64,000 bases of DNA from Raillietiella orientalis (taxonomy: Eukaryota). Within the stretch, counting starts at the first letter, position 1. Each line of letters opens with the position of its first letter. Location: the NCBI GenBank assembly GCA_036172245.1, contig JAYWIR010000011.1, forward strand, positions 2,356,001 through 2,420,000. The letters are read 5' to 3'. The notes beneath the pieces were generated by a model. The model searched no databases and was not told the DNA's origin. It saw nothing but the letters and a program-made list of their open reading frames with translations. The position numbers were made by a program, and so were the translations under genes. Shown here one piece after another: positions 46,039 to 59,800 of this stretch.

Positions 46039-49000
46039 ACGGGGTCTCTGGTTTGTTTCTTCCTTTGTAGGTGAAACGCCCCGGGGCGGCAGCGTGACCT
46101 TCCGGGGCGAAGGGGAGGGGTTGGAGGAAGGGCCCACAAATGGGTGGATAATAGACGAACCGGACTTACGGCCATGTGGGCGACTCCCGAGGGCACCCTG
46201 AGTGGGGAGGAGGGAGCGGTGGGTGCCCTTGCCTGCCTTCGGTTGTCCCGAGAGTCTCCCCGTATCCTGGGCTCGGAACGCGTCACTGCGAGGGCGCCGG
46301 AACGGGACAGGGCAACCGCAACCTTCCTGGGCGGTCACTGCTGCTCGCAAGCGGCTAGCGAGAAGGGAAAAGGTCAAGTACGGAGGGGCGGGACAGCGCC
46401 TCCATGCCTCCCGCCACGTCGCGGCAGGAAGACGCGGCGATCTCCGGCGTTCCGGGAGAGGTCCTCTGCGCGCTGGCAAGAGGGCTGCAGCGAAGGGGAA
46501 GAGGGGACGGCGCCTGGCGGTGACCTCGGCGTGGTCGTCTGCCTCGGAGCAACCGGCGCTCGAACCGGTCGTCTTCCGGCAGCGGCTGCCCGCCACGTGG
46601 CACCTTCTCCAGTAGCGCGGCGCGCATCCGCTCCGCCGTGGGTGCTGCCCAGGGCCTCGCGCGAGCCTTTTGCGGACGACCCACCCGTCCCGGAGGAACC
46701 GCCGCCAGCGCGGTCGGGATTTTAGCTCCGGGGCAGCGACGAAGGAGGGAGGTGGGTGGAGGGCGGATCCCCTGGGAAGAAGAAGAAGAGGTGTCCCCGG
46801 GATCCCTCCGATGGCCCCTTCCTGGAGGCTGTTGTCCGCCGCAGGGGTTGGCTCGCGGGAACTTCCGGACTGGTCAGCCAGAACAGCCGGGCCCCTTCCG
46901 TGGCTGGTCGGGAGCCTCCGTCATTCTCCTGGAGGCGGCAAGCGGGTGGCGGTAGCGGCTGAAAGGCACGCTGCCTTCTCGGCGAGGGGACGCGCCCTCT
47001 GCGGTGCAACGCGGACCATCTTGCACTGAGAGTTTCGGTTCGCGCGCATCCCGCGAGATGGCAGTCGCGCTGAGACTCGTGGCTGCCGATCCGGACGTCC
47101 AGAAGGTGCCCCCGACCACGGCCGGACGAGAGGTGGGGAGCGTGTGGAAAGACGGGCGCTTTGGAAAGTCGAGGGACGGACCGCGTGCCCTTCCTCCCCC
47201 CCCCCCCATACTGCCCCTTTCCCTAGGAAGAGAGGTGCCACCGTGCGGTCGCCGGTGCTCCTGGTTCCCCGGAGCGCCAGAATAGATGTTCCCACGTGCT
47301 CCGCCGGCCGCCCAGTGCGTGCAGAGCTGCCACCTTTGGGGATTCCAAAGTACTGGAGAGTGCTCACGGTCCGTAGGGTAGGATTGTTTTCTAAAGCGCC
47401 TAGGGGAGGGAACGCGTGCGTCGATGGGGAAGGTGGGGCCGGTCCCCGCTCGGAGGAAAAGCGGCCTTCCTCTGGTTCCCATCCCAAGGTCAGACCTTGT
47501 TTTGCTTCTCCCTTTCGCTTGCCTTCCCTTTCAATACATGGCTGAAAGGGAGAGAGGCCGTGCCGTCGACTGGCAGCACAGGGCGCACTCTGGTGGGTAG
47601 GGAAGTTCAGCCTGGAGGAGGAGACAATGGGGGAAGGGGTAGGCAGAATGGAACGAATGCAGGACGAAAAACGGCCCCGAAAGAAGGGAGGAAATGACGC
47701 GTTGGGAGTACTCACGATAGATGGCGCTGTTCGCAGAGTGGGACTCCGTCGAATCGGACGGCGAAAACTGGGTTCGATCCCCATTTTCTCGGTCACGCAG
47801 GACGTTCCGGGAGCGGGAAGGGGCCGTGACACCCGCCGCGTGAAAGAGCCAGAGAAGAAAGGAAGAAAAGGAAGGGTCGAACGCCCCTGGAAAAGCGACA
47901 GGTGGCAGCCAACTATCGGCGCGTTTCGGAACCTCCCTTCTGAGAGAAGGTGGGAACCGCGGAGCAGCTTATGATTGGTGGGCACGAGGTGATGACAGGC
48001 TCCCGTAATTCATTGCAGAAGAGCGGGGCTGTAGGAGTCTGTCGTACGGAGGTTCCGCGAGGATGATGAATCGCAAGGGGGAGGGGGAAAATCTCCCCTC
48101 GAGGCCACAGCCCGCGTACCCTTACGGAGGAGGAGCTCCATGGAACCATTGTGCCCGTGTGGCACCCGTCGTGGTGGAGGCGCTGCTGCTCCAGGAAGAA
48201 AGGAGGACGCGCAAGGGTTCGCGTGCCCCCTTTCCCCCCTCTCTGCCTAGGGTATCGCCTTAGTTTTCTGCCACAGACCGCTCCTAGTCGCCGACGCCGC
48301 GCCTCCGGGGCACGGTGGTGGCGAGCGGTCTGCTCGCTCGCTGCCTTGGCGTCACGCGAGGGTGGGCCTCTGTTTCTTTCGCATCCTGCGCCGTCGATCC
48401 ACCCCACGAAACCACAGAGAGCAGCCCCCCTCCCCTCTTGCAACCATTAATCTTGCGCCACTCATCTCGGAATGAAACTGCCGAGCAAATCTGGGAGGGG
48501 GGGGGGAGAAAGGAAACAGTTGGATGCCACGGCAACGTCTCGCGCATGCACTGCCTTGGGCCGCCGTCGGAGCCCATCAGAGCCGTCGTAGAGCGCGTCG
48601 AGTGGGAACCGTTGAAGGGACGGACGAGGGGACGAACGCCTCTCCCGGACCTCGACTCCGCCCCTCCTGCCGCACCCAACGCCGCTCCCGTTCGACCGAA
48701 CGGCGATTCCTGGACTCGTGCTGCCCTTGGCCCTCGAGGAGGCGACGTTCAGGCGAGCGCAGCAGCGAGGGCGGGCGCAACGCGTTCCCCGTCTCTGGGC
48801 ATCGACACCTTCCCATTGCGGGGCGTCCCTTAGGCGGTGGCGTCGTCCGTCGATCGCGCCCGGTGATCCGAGCGGTGGGATAGGCAGCACCTCCGGTCGA
48901 ATCCAAGAGCGCGGGACCCTGGGGCGAGATCCCTTCTGTTTACCGGAGCACCCAGGGAGGGAGCGGCCGTCCCTCATCCAGAGGTTCCCCGGATCAGAGG

Positions 49001-52000
49001 GGGGTCATGGGCGGCGGTGCGGCCTCTCCCGCGAGCGTAACGGCCCGCACGAGCAGCGCCTACAAGGAGCGGCGCGGGTCGGAGTGCCCGAGGCGTCCGT
49101 CCCGCAGTCTGCATCTCCATGCGCCCAGCGACGTGCACCCCGCACCTCTCTGGCTGTCCAAGTCGAACCTCGTCGCGGGGTCAGCCTCACCGAGAAGGCG
49201 CCGCGGGGGATGTTGTTGCGGCCCCCAGCCAGACGGCATCGACCACTCCGGCGTACGAAAGTCGCGTCGTCCCTCTCGATGCTTCCCGTCCACGGGAAAC
49301 GGCGCGGCGAGAGGAAGCGCAGAGGAGAGAGGAACAGGGGAGGGCACTCCCTCTTCGCCTTCGGAGAAGTACCGGCTCCAGGAGGGAGGTGAGGTCAGTG
49401 GCAGCTCCAGGGTTCTCGAACAAGAGGCACCGGTCGCCGCCGCCTGTCCGCGAACAGGCAGGCGGCAGCAATCGGTGGCGCGCGCGCACCATCGCCTGCG
49501 AGCCAGAAAGTGAAAGCTAAAGAAGGGAGGAAGAGAGGAAGCCGGCGGGGAACCCCTCGAAGTGCTCGAGGCATGCTGGTCGAGACCTCCCCGCTCGGCC
49601 CGACTTTCATCCGCCCTGGATGAATGTGGGAGGCTGGCTGAGTGGCCCTGCGTCTTGGATCCGAACATGCAACAAGGGAGGGAACTCTTTTCTTTTCCTC
49701 CTGCTCCACGTCTTCCCTTCCTCCTCCATTCCTCCCCTCCCCCGTCTCCTCCTCTTCCGGCCACTCTTTCCCTGCACTGGTGCCACTCAGGGTCCCCCGC
49801 TGATCCGTAAGCGGAGAGCCCCATCTGCGTTCCTGCAGGCAGCTCCAGCGGGTGGCAGCTGCGTCGGGAGGATGACCGAAGGTGTAGGCGCACCACTTGA
49901 CGGGCTTCGTGCAGCTGCTGCGAAGAGACGATCCGCGTAGAACCAAACGGCAGGCACTTCCTGAGGCAGGAGGGGCAGGAAAAAGGTCAAGACGGGAGGG
50001 TCGTGCCGCCTACCTGCCCTCACAGGATTAACTGGTCGCACTCGTGCCCACGAGAGGCATTCACGGTTGCAAGGGGGTTGCCTCCCTTTCCCATGCGCGA
50101 TGCCTTCTCCTGCTTCCCCTTGGCAGAGGGGACGAGTTCCCGGGGTCGAGGCAGCGGACATCTAGACTGGGCGACGCCTCGGGGGGAACCTCTAAGCGGA
50201 TCCTTCCGGCACGGTGTGACCCTCTCCCTAGAGGCAGCCCGTCCTTCTGAGCTTCTTCCTCCTTATGACGCTTTCCGGAAGGGGGCGACGGGGCGGCCAG
50301 GGCCCTGCGTGGAGAGGAGGAGGACGATCTCGAGTTTGGCTTCGTGCTCCGAGCCCTGAGGCGACCCTCAGGAAAGGGGAGACCCGGTGGCATCTCTCGG
50401 GGCAGCGAGGGAGTCCTCGGGCCGACGGGAGGGCTACCTGCTGCGCAACCAACCGCCGCTCTTCCCCGGGCGTGCCCCCATCCCAGTGCTCCAAGCTGCG
50501 GGGTGCGCATGCGCGGGCGGGAAGGCGAGGGATCGCCGCCGCTGTGAGACCTTCAGAATCGGCCCTGCTGGCGAAAGTGACGAGTGCGCGCATCAGCCGT
50601 GATGATGATCGCCCGCAAGCGGCGCGACCTGATTGGCTGCGTCCGAGCTTGTGAGCGCCCCATTTCACCCTGCTTACATGCAAGGGTGCCCCCCCCCCTT
50701 CTTCCTCAAAACAAGAGAGGGAGGGGAAATGATGGTGAATTTACGATCCCGACTCTTAGGCCGCTTCCTTCCGAGGTGGGGACCGCCGCACAGCAGTCAG
50801 CCCTGTCCAGCTCCCTCCCTATGGGACTCCAGTCCTTGTTTGCAAACCCGCGAGCGCTCCTTTCCCGAAAGGGCAGGAGGGCGTCCTCTCCTCCAAAGGG
50901 CAGCGCATCAGCATTCGGCGGAGTCTCCAGGTTGGGGGAGAAAAGAAGAGGGAAATCCTCTGCCCTTCGCCCTGTGAGGGACCCCGCGAAGGAACACAGA
51001 GAGCAGGTGCTCGACTAGGGGAGGCACCCACGCCCGGCCAGCAGAGCCCCAGCCGCCTGCGGCAGCGGGCTCTCGCGAAGCGCCCTTCGTCCACGGTCGC
51101 GGAGGAGGAAGAGGAAGGGAGAATAGCGAAACAACCGCGCAGTGGCGATCTTTTCGATCAGTCTTCCCGTAAAGAGAAGCAGGAAGAAGGGCGCTTCATG
51201 CGCGAAGTCTGAAATGCGGAAAGTTCATGGGGTTTCTTTCGCTCTTCTTCGAAGACCCCAGTTTCGACGCTATGTCGGACGGGCAGTAGGAACCCATCTC
51301 TCAGTGCTTACCGGACGAAAGTCACTCGTAAAAGATGACGAGGGCTTTCTGCTCCCCGAGCTTCGCCTCCCTGGCAGAGGCACGTCCCAGCTGCCTGAAA
51401 TCCGGATCCCAAGGTAGGAGGAGCGGGAAGAAGGACAGGACAGACGGATTGTGCCGCTTGCTCCTGTGGAAAGATGGGGCTGGATTTTGCCTCCTTCTCT
51501 TCCTCTTCCTCCTGTTCTTCCTCCCTTCCGGAAAGCTACTGATGGCGTTTCCCGCTGGGGAAAAGTGAGGCGCTGGCTACCCGAGCCGCCGGTCCGAAGG
51601 ACGCTGATCTTCCGGAGCCCTTCCGCCGAGGTGCAGCGCTTCGCATCAGGGAGAGAGAGAGGTCAGGAGGGTGGCTGGCAACCCCGCGAGGAAACTCGGC
51701 CCGCATGCAGCTTTCCTCACGGGTCTGGGGAGCAGCTGCCTGGAAACCCTAAGGTGCCCCAATGGGTGGTGCCCGCGAGCTCCACGGGGGTCCTCGAGTG
51801 CCCTCGCGAGGACCGACGCCTGGCTGGATGTGCCGTGGGTTCCACTTCCCCTCGCAAGATGACTCTGGACGGTTCCCGGCTTCGGGTGAGCAGTGGCAGG
51901 GCACGCTCGCGTCCGTTGCCGGATGCCCCGTTGTCTGGGAACCGGGAATCAGGAGTGAACCCTTCGGGGTCCCTCCTCGCTCCGCGCCCCCCTTGGGCAT

Positions 52001-53659
52001 GTGACGGCGGAAGCACCCCCTGTAGTGTCGCCGTCGAGCTGCTTCCATGGCGTCCCCGCGGGGCGAAGCAGCGCTGCTCGGTATCTTCACGAGTCAAGAA
52101 GAGGGTGGGGTGGGTGGAAGGCGCACCCGCGGGTGGTCCGCAGCGCTGCTGGTGGGGCATCCCTTTCTTTCCCACGGGGAAGAGCAGTTAGAGGGAGACT
52201 CTTCCCTGAGCCCTTCGGGGACTCAGCCGGAGAAGGCCCACGAGAGCCATCAAATTCCACATGGAGGGTTTCCTGCCTGAATTTCCTGCCACCTCCCGGT
52301 CAGGGCGGGAGGGGCTGGTCACTCGCTGGCATCCGAGTGCAATGATGGAACTATCCGTGCCACGGAAGGCGTGAGCATGCAGTTCAGGGAGGTCTCGCAT
52401 GTGTCCTTACCAATGTCCTCATGCAGGGCCTACCCAGAGGTCAGTGCGATAGCAGACAGCACGTGGGATTAACGCCCACGCGAGGGCTCCCTAAGAGCGA
52501 CATCTCAGGGCAGAACAATCCAGCCCTGAGCCGCCCTCCAAGGACTCACCGCTTTCGACACCTTCCCAGAATTCTGGGGAAGTGTTGGGAAGCGCAGGGA
52601 TCCAAGGATCCCCTGGCCCCGAACTTCGGAAGCGGGCGTTTCCACAACTGGGGAGCAAAGGGTGCTCCTCGAGACTAGGCCGCCCCGCGTCGCCACGAAC
52701 ACCACTCAGGGAACACCACCTTGATCCGTGAAAAAGGAAAAGCGAGAAAAGCGCTTTCGGTTCCTCTCGGAGGCTGTGGACAGGGGCTGAAATTTGGCAA
52801 GGGGAGCTGGAGAGCTGCCTGCGGAAGTGTGCACCGGGGCGTCTTGCTTTCGGGAAAATGGATCCTGCCCCGGGAAGGAGCGTTGCACGCTCCATTCCGG
52901 GAGGAGGAAGCTTTCCAGAGAGCGCCTATAAAACTCCTCTTCCTGGAATTTCGGAAATCGAAATTTCAGGAAGAGGTTGAGGTGCACGCGGAGAAAAAAA
53001 TGAAACGAAATGAAAACAGAGGTGATCAACAAAGAGGCGAAGGGAGGAGGACCCCTTGGCCATCCACGCAACCCTTTCATCATGCTCGACGGTGTGGAAA
53101 CCTCCGTCATCCTTCTGCTTCGATGCCGGAGATCCTCGGCCATGAAACGCGAAGTCCCAGGGGTCCCAGGTGGATGGGACTTAGCCGGTGGGTCCTCTCG
53201 ATGCCCTCGCTGTGCTGCGCCGGCGGATGGCGCCGCCAACCTTCGCACTCGAGCGCAGACGGAGAGTTTCCCGCTCTCGGTAGCGCGCCGCTGCTCCCGG
53301 AGCCACTGCGGTGATGGCGAGTCAACTCTCGGAGTCCCGGACGGCGACTCAGACCTCCAGAGGCGGGCGGAAGGCGGAGAGCGAAGTGCCCTCCAATCCC
53401 CTGGCGTGTATGTGCCTCTGCCGTGTTTTCCGAAAGGGAAGCGGGCGTCCAGAGTGACCATGAGATCATCTCACGAGGTCATGCATGAAAACAGGCCCCC
53501 CAACCCCATGCGGTCTGGTCCTTCACCAGCACCTCCCATCTCCCGACGATCGCTATCTTAAGAAGTGGTACAGAAACGAAAAGGCACATGAGGTGGTTTA
53601 GAGGATGCATGGCAGGGTCTCGCCTCACACCAGGCAGCGCCTGTAGGGAAGGTTTCGAC

Positions 53660-53812
53660 GAGGCCCTACACGAGGGCATACTGAGACCTGCACGAGGGCA
53701 CGCGTGAGTCCTACACGAGGGCATATGTGAAGTTTACACGAGGACAAGCCTACACGCGAACACACGTGAGGCCCTACACGAAGACAAATGTGAGACCTAG
53801 ACGGGGAACATG
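53660..53812. repeat. Degenerate minisatellite, about 7 copies of a ~23-bp unit (GAGnCCTACACGAGGGCAtatGT)
   Basis: Tandem units with a recurring CCTACACG core and no unique spacers. Confidence 0.8.
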
Positions 53813-56800
53813 CAAAGAGATACATGCCGGCGGTCACAGAAGAGGGTCCGAATGGGGCCACGGTGTCCCGAGCTGGCCGACGGTGCAGCTGCAGCCGCAC
53901 CGAGTCCAGAGGGGTCGCGGAAGCTTCCAGGAGGGTGGGTTCCTCCCGCTTGCGGAGACCGCCGCATCCCTCGCCAAGGACACGCTCCTCGTTCGTTCCC
54001 TGCTCTTTTCCTGCTTTCCCATTTTCCTGGATTCAGGATGATGGTCTCCCCTCCGCGGCCCGGCGGCACTGCTTGGAAGCTTCGGGAGGCAGCCCGCCGC
54101 GGAACGACGGGAGGGCAGGCACGCGCCTCGGTCGCCACAGGCGCCCGTAAAGCCGACCGACTGAGGCAGTGAGCGCTCCGGGCGACTCCCTCCCCGAAGG
54201 GCAGCGGGACGCGCCTCGGGTGATGAGGCTGAAAGGGAGAGGCATCTTCGGTCGACGGGGAGTAGAGCGAGGGTTGGGGCGAGCGACTCCCTGAGTCCGC
54301 AGCGGTTGGATCCGGTGGCTCGTCCGCGTCGCTCTCCGCACCTCCTTCCGCCGCATCACCTCTGCGGGAGTGCATCCGGGTGGCACTGTTGATGCGAGAG
54401 AGGCGGATGGAGATGGTGGCGCGGGAGAGTTTTCATCTGCAGCCGGGCCGCCATCGTGGCGCTTTTGAAAAGCCTAGCGGGAGCGGGTTTTCCTGCTCGA
54501 TGAGACTCGCAGCTTCGCATCCCCCCCCATCCGGGGAAGGAGGGCCCTATGGTGGCCGCCCCCGTCTCGTCCCGAGTCCTTACCGCCTCCCGGGAAACGC
54601 TTCGGGATGGGCGAAAGGAGTCCGGGACGACGCCTGCCCCTCTCCTTCCGTCTCTTACGTGGACGTGGTCCTCCCGTGGCCCTCCCGACATGGTAGAAGC
54701 ACCCTGCGCTTCCCAGAAGCTCTGCCCGGCTTCCTGGATGGTTCAGCAGTGGCGGCAGCGCGCGCGCGCGCGCTCACCAAGAGTGAGGGAGGAGGGGGGG
54801 GGGGGCAATTTCGGCTGCTAGTGACGCATCTACTCTGCTTTCTTCCTCCCTGAGCACCCTCCTCCTCCTCTCGGCGGCGCTGCTTATCGATGGTCGCCGT
54901 GGGTGCCGCAGAGGCTGTCGCTGAGCTTGAGCTTGAGGGAGCAGCGTCCTCTAGAGGACCCGTCAGTAGCGGGCCCGCCGAGAGGTGGCGACGGGAGGGG
55001 AGCGTGCTGGGCGACGCGGCTCGGCGGAGTCTTTCCGGGCCTCCCGCCCCGCCTCTCCAGCGGCGGCATTTCCACGGTCCGCTCGCCCGGTCCAGGGGAG
55101 CGCAGCCGCCGCCTTCCCGGCCGTGCTGTGGGAATCGCTCGTCGTGCGGCCGATGACCCGCACGGTCTCGGCCGCACCCGGCGTCGCCGAGTGCCACCGC
55201 CGCCGCGTGCGTCTCCCGCGGCCAGTGTGCGCGTGCGCGGCGGACTTCTCCCTTCCAAGAGGAGCTTCCCGGTGGCGGCTCTCGTACCCCGTCGCGAGGG
55301 GACCGGGAGCGGTCTGGTTGCCCCCGGGACCGCGGGCCCTTGGCCCGGCTGTGGTCAGAGTTGGTCAGAGAAAACAGCCGAGGCCCCCTGGATGTGCGAC
55401 CCAGAAATCGCCTGACACCCTCTCTCTTGCCGGCGTAGTGAGATGGACCCGCCTCCCTACGCCGGGCCTCCCTGCGCCAGTGGGGGCGAACCCGCCAGCC
55501 TCCATTTCGTCATCGCCCCGTCGAGCCTCCAGGCAGGGATGGGTCTGCGAGTCGTCACCCGACCCGACGAATCCTCCCGTACGAGTCCAGGGCACCCTGG
55601 AGGAATCAGGCACGACCCAAGACGAAAGGGCCCATCCCTGCCCGGTGAGCGTCCAAGGAGGCCCCTGACTGCCCTGCGCGTTGGGACGCGCCATCGCGCG
55701 CCTTGGACTGACGCCTGCGCTCCTCTGGAGTGGGGGTGGGGTGGGGGCTCCCTTTTCTCGCCGCCGCATCTCCTCCTTCCTCGAACCGCTCATCATCCCG
55801 GAAAAACCCTAATTGTCGATGGGGGTAAGCCAGGACTGCGGGGAGGCACACCCGAACGGGGGCGAAGGGATGGAGGAAGGTCGTTCCTTCCCGGTTACCG
55901 CAACGGGACCCCTCCGGTATCGAGGGCCGCCAGACCGGACGAGCAGGCCATTCCTGTTTCCATCCTTATGTCAGCGGGAAGCCCGCCGGCCTGCTCAGCG
56001 GGCTCGCAGGTCCTGACAGAGGGAGAGACCGCAGGGCGAGAGCTGACGTGACGGCGGGAGTGGGAGCCCTCATCCAGCGAGGGGAAGGGGTGGTGGGGCC
56101 TGCTCTTTCCCTTCAGCCTTCCCTCTGTCCGGTGGAGAGGCTTTTCTTCAGGGAGCTCGCCCTCCTTGCACGTGTTTCGTCCGGAAGGAAGGACGTCCGG
56201 CGGACGCATCCCGAAGGGCCCGCTTTGGACACCACACGGAGCTGCGAGCTTCTCAGGCGGACGAAGCCATCCCACCCGCCCTCATCCGCCGCTCGCGTTC
56301 CTCCGCCCTGCTTTCGCGGCCCGTGGAGGGACTCCCGCAGGACAGCAGCAAGTCCGAAACTCCGCTCCAGCCGGTCCGCGGTCGGCGTTCGCCGCCACCT
56401 GCCTGACGTCAGGACGAGCAACGAGCCGCGCCCTGGAGGGCCGCCGGGTGTTCTAGCGCGGCGCGGACTCGCATATCGTCCCCTCTTCCCCCTCCGTTCT
56501 TAGAGGCATCTCCCGGGCGAGTCCCGGCCTTTCTCTCCCCTGGCTTTGCCCCAGCAACACTTCGCGCTTTCGAACCTCTGCCGGAGAAGGAACCGGGGTT
56601 GGGCGGCCACCGGCTGCCCTCTCGGTTCCGCATGGCGTCCCCTCCCTTGCCGGATCTCTGCCTCCCGATCCCATGCCCCCGGGGAGTTCCTCTTTCGGAA
56701 GGGGGCCGGGCGAGACTCATCAGAGCCTAAGGCTGCCCGGAGGCGTCCCCGCGCGCAGGGTACCGCGAGGCGCCTACTCCGCGCGCGCCCCATCCGCGAG

Positions 56801-59800
56801 GTTCCGGCTCGTTACGGTCGGCTGGGGAGCTGCCGGCGCGTGGACCGCGGCCCGAAGGCGCGGAGGTCAAGAGCCGGAACCGTGAGGCACCCTCCGGGCC
56901 GCGAGCGGGTTTCCGGTAGATGGCTCAGCTCGCGCAAGAAGGCGAGCAGCGAGCGAGTCGGGAGAGCCGTTGGCTCGTCGCCTCGCCCGGTGCTTCGCGG
57001 AGAGGGTGGAGACCGCGGGAGCGGCGCCCCTCCTCTTCCTCATCCCTGCCCCCCTCCCCCTGCGGCGCCGGTGGGAAGCGAGAGCGAACGGAACGGGGGC
57101 GTGGAGATGGAAGGAGAACGCCCGGGCAACGCCTCCCTTCCCCTCCCTTCGGAAGGGCAAGCGCCGACCTGCTCGTCAGCAGCAGCTCAGGGGGTCTCTT
57201 CCCGGGGAGGGAGCTGCCCTTTGTCCCGGACCGAACGGACGGAGGAGGGGAGGAACCACGCATGCAAAGCTGGCGGGATTCGGTGAATCGCGCGCCAGAT
57301 GCACACGCGGGGAGTCCCCACCGCCACTTGACCCGCGAGCGCCATGCCGTGACGGTGGCTGCTCTTCGGTGCACTCGCACGTGCGCGGTGGTGGTCGCTC
57401 GAAGCTGCCGCTCTCTCCAAAAAGAAGTCAGCAAAGCAGGCGCCGACCGAAGTCAAAGCAGGGACCCACGATGCTCTTCTCCCCGTGCCTCCTCCTTCCC
57501 CTCCTCACCACCTACTCTGGTCTCTGTCGGCTGTCACTCCGCGAAGGGAAGGGACGTCCCCACCGCCGGTGCTAAGGTCGCCTCGGTGAACGACCTGAGT
57601 CGTCGTGGGTGTCACCTGGGTGCCCACCAACCGTTGGGATGACTTTGTTGCCCTCCGGCCACTGTGGTCGCTCTACGCAACGGTCCTTGGTGCACCGACG
57701 GACGATTCCAGGGACGCGATGAAACTCCTCTTCTTTCGCCTGCCGCATCCCTAGCAGCTCTTTGCTGCCTATGAGGGATTGTGGCGGAATGAAGCTACGC
57801 GAGAGGAGGACGGCGCCATAGGACGCCATTTGCTTCGCTCTGCGCTTCATGAGGACGGCAGCAAGATGGCCCCATCCGGGACATAAGCAGAAGGAACTTG
57901 CCGGCATCCTGGAAAGGAGTCACAGGACGCCCTCCAGCATCCCATGATCCCTTCCCTAACCCTCCCAATTTTTTTGTATATATATGTTTTTTGTTTTATT
58001 TTTATTTTTGTTTGCCCCTCTTCACCCCTCCCCCCTTTCCCTCCGCTGCTGAGGCGAACCTCGCCGGCCTGCGTGCTGGCTACTTGGCAAGTCCCGAACA
58101 CTTTCGAACGCTATAGGGCCGATAGCCCTATACTTTGTATGTTTATTTTCACAATAAACGCCCCGGCGCACCCGGGTGATAAACCAGCCGTTGGGAGGGG
58201 CCGACTTCCCCTTCTCGCCTCTTCCTCGTGGGTGCGGCACACGCCAGAGATCATCGCCGCCCGGTCGGGGCAGAGGGCACCTGCGAGCAGCAGCAACGCG
58301 CTCTGGCCGATGGCATTTCCGGGGAAACCCAGGCGCCTGGCTCCCGTGGAAGAGTGGATCTCCTCCAGGCTGCCCGCGGCACGCAGCGGAGGAGTTTCGA
58401 AGGTGGCGCCATTCAGAGCTCGGGAGGAGGCCCCTCCTGGATAGCGCCATGGCCGCAGGTTCGATCCACCTCGTGGAAACGGGGCTGTCTGGAAAGGGAG
58501 CGGAAAGTCGGGAATGCTCCACTCCCACTCCTCCGCACCCCTTCCCCGCAGACCAAGAGGTCGCTAGCGAAGAACTCCCGGAAAAAAATTCCTCCCCCCT
58601 TCTCCTCCTGTTTGCTGCTGCAACAAGGAAGCTAGTCCTTGGCCAAGATCCGCTTGGACCGAGAGGACTCCAAAGGCACCAGGCCGTTCGGAGCGGACCC
58701 TCCGCAGAAGAGCAGCAACTTCTGGGGGGGAACCTCTTCCTCACCCCATCCCCCGTTTTTCCTTCCCAACTGAGAGCGAAAAAAGATGCGAGCTCCGCTG
58801 CAGTCGCTTCTCGGCCCCCTCGCAGGTTTGGGGAGCCAGGCCAAGCCCCTTTGCCCCCAAGCTCAAGTCGCACAGTCGGCAAGCCGCGTCCCTCGCGGCT
58901 TAATTCGTCCTTTCGTCCGCCCGCCACTGAGTTCCTGTTGTCCCAGGGAGAGGACGAGTGCGTTCGGGTCGCTGCTCCCTCCGGACCTGCGAAGGACTCC
59001 GAGCGGGAGAACCTCCCGTGGCGAAGAAAGCAGGACGCCGCGCCTGCCGCTGTCCCAAAGCATCGTGCAGTCGCAGGAGGCCGAGGGCGCCCGACGGACG
59101 GAGCTGACCCCGGGCTCCAGCCCCAGAGACATCTCCCCGGGTCCGACGTTCTGCCGTCCTGTCCGGACATTGAGGTTATTTTCCTCCCCAGGGCGGCGCG
59201 GAGGACACCGGCGGGACGCGGAAGAAAGAAGAGCGGGTGTGACGGCAGAATGAGAGACGCCGATGGTGGGACCGGGCGACTACGACTCCTGCCCGTCTCC
59301 CCATCCGGTGGGCAGCCCGCGCGCGCGAACAGTCACGATTTCTCGTTTTCGCAGGCAGGGAAACGAGGCGAGGCATCCGCCATTCCGCCGTCAGCTCCTC
59401 CTCGCCGTGATTTGGTCTCCGCGGGAACGGGACTGATGTTGTCACAAGGAGGGGCTGCCTCCGGAAGTTCTCAGGGTCTGCGGAAGCAAATTCGCGGCGG
59501 GCCTCACGTCGTGCGTTCGTAGGCTTCTGCACTTCGCATTGTTGCTTGTCGCATTTTCGTGTTGTGTGTGAGTGGGGGGGGGGGGGTCGCGCATTGTTGT
59601 CTCACCCATTGTTGTCTCGAGCGCTTTACTGCCCTTGCATTGTTGTGAAGACGGAATCACGAAGCGTTCGCTCCACCCACGTTGAAAAGTATGGGAGGAG
59701 GAGGAGGAAGGGAAGGAAGGAAGGAACGAGCCTTGATCGAGGACGCCGCAGACCTTCCAGGGCGACCAAAGGACGGAGATTGCTCTCCTCGGCCGACCTT

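Noticed and set aside
53660..53812. Possible CRISPR array
   Set aside because: Units are directly tandem and degenerate, with no unique spacers and no cas genes; eukaryotic context
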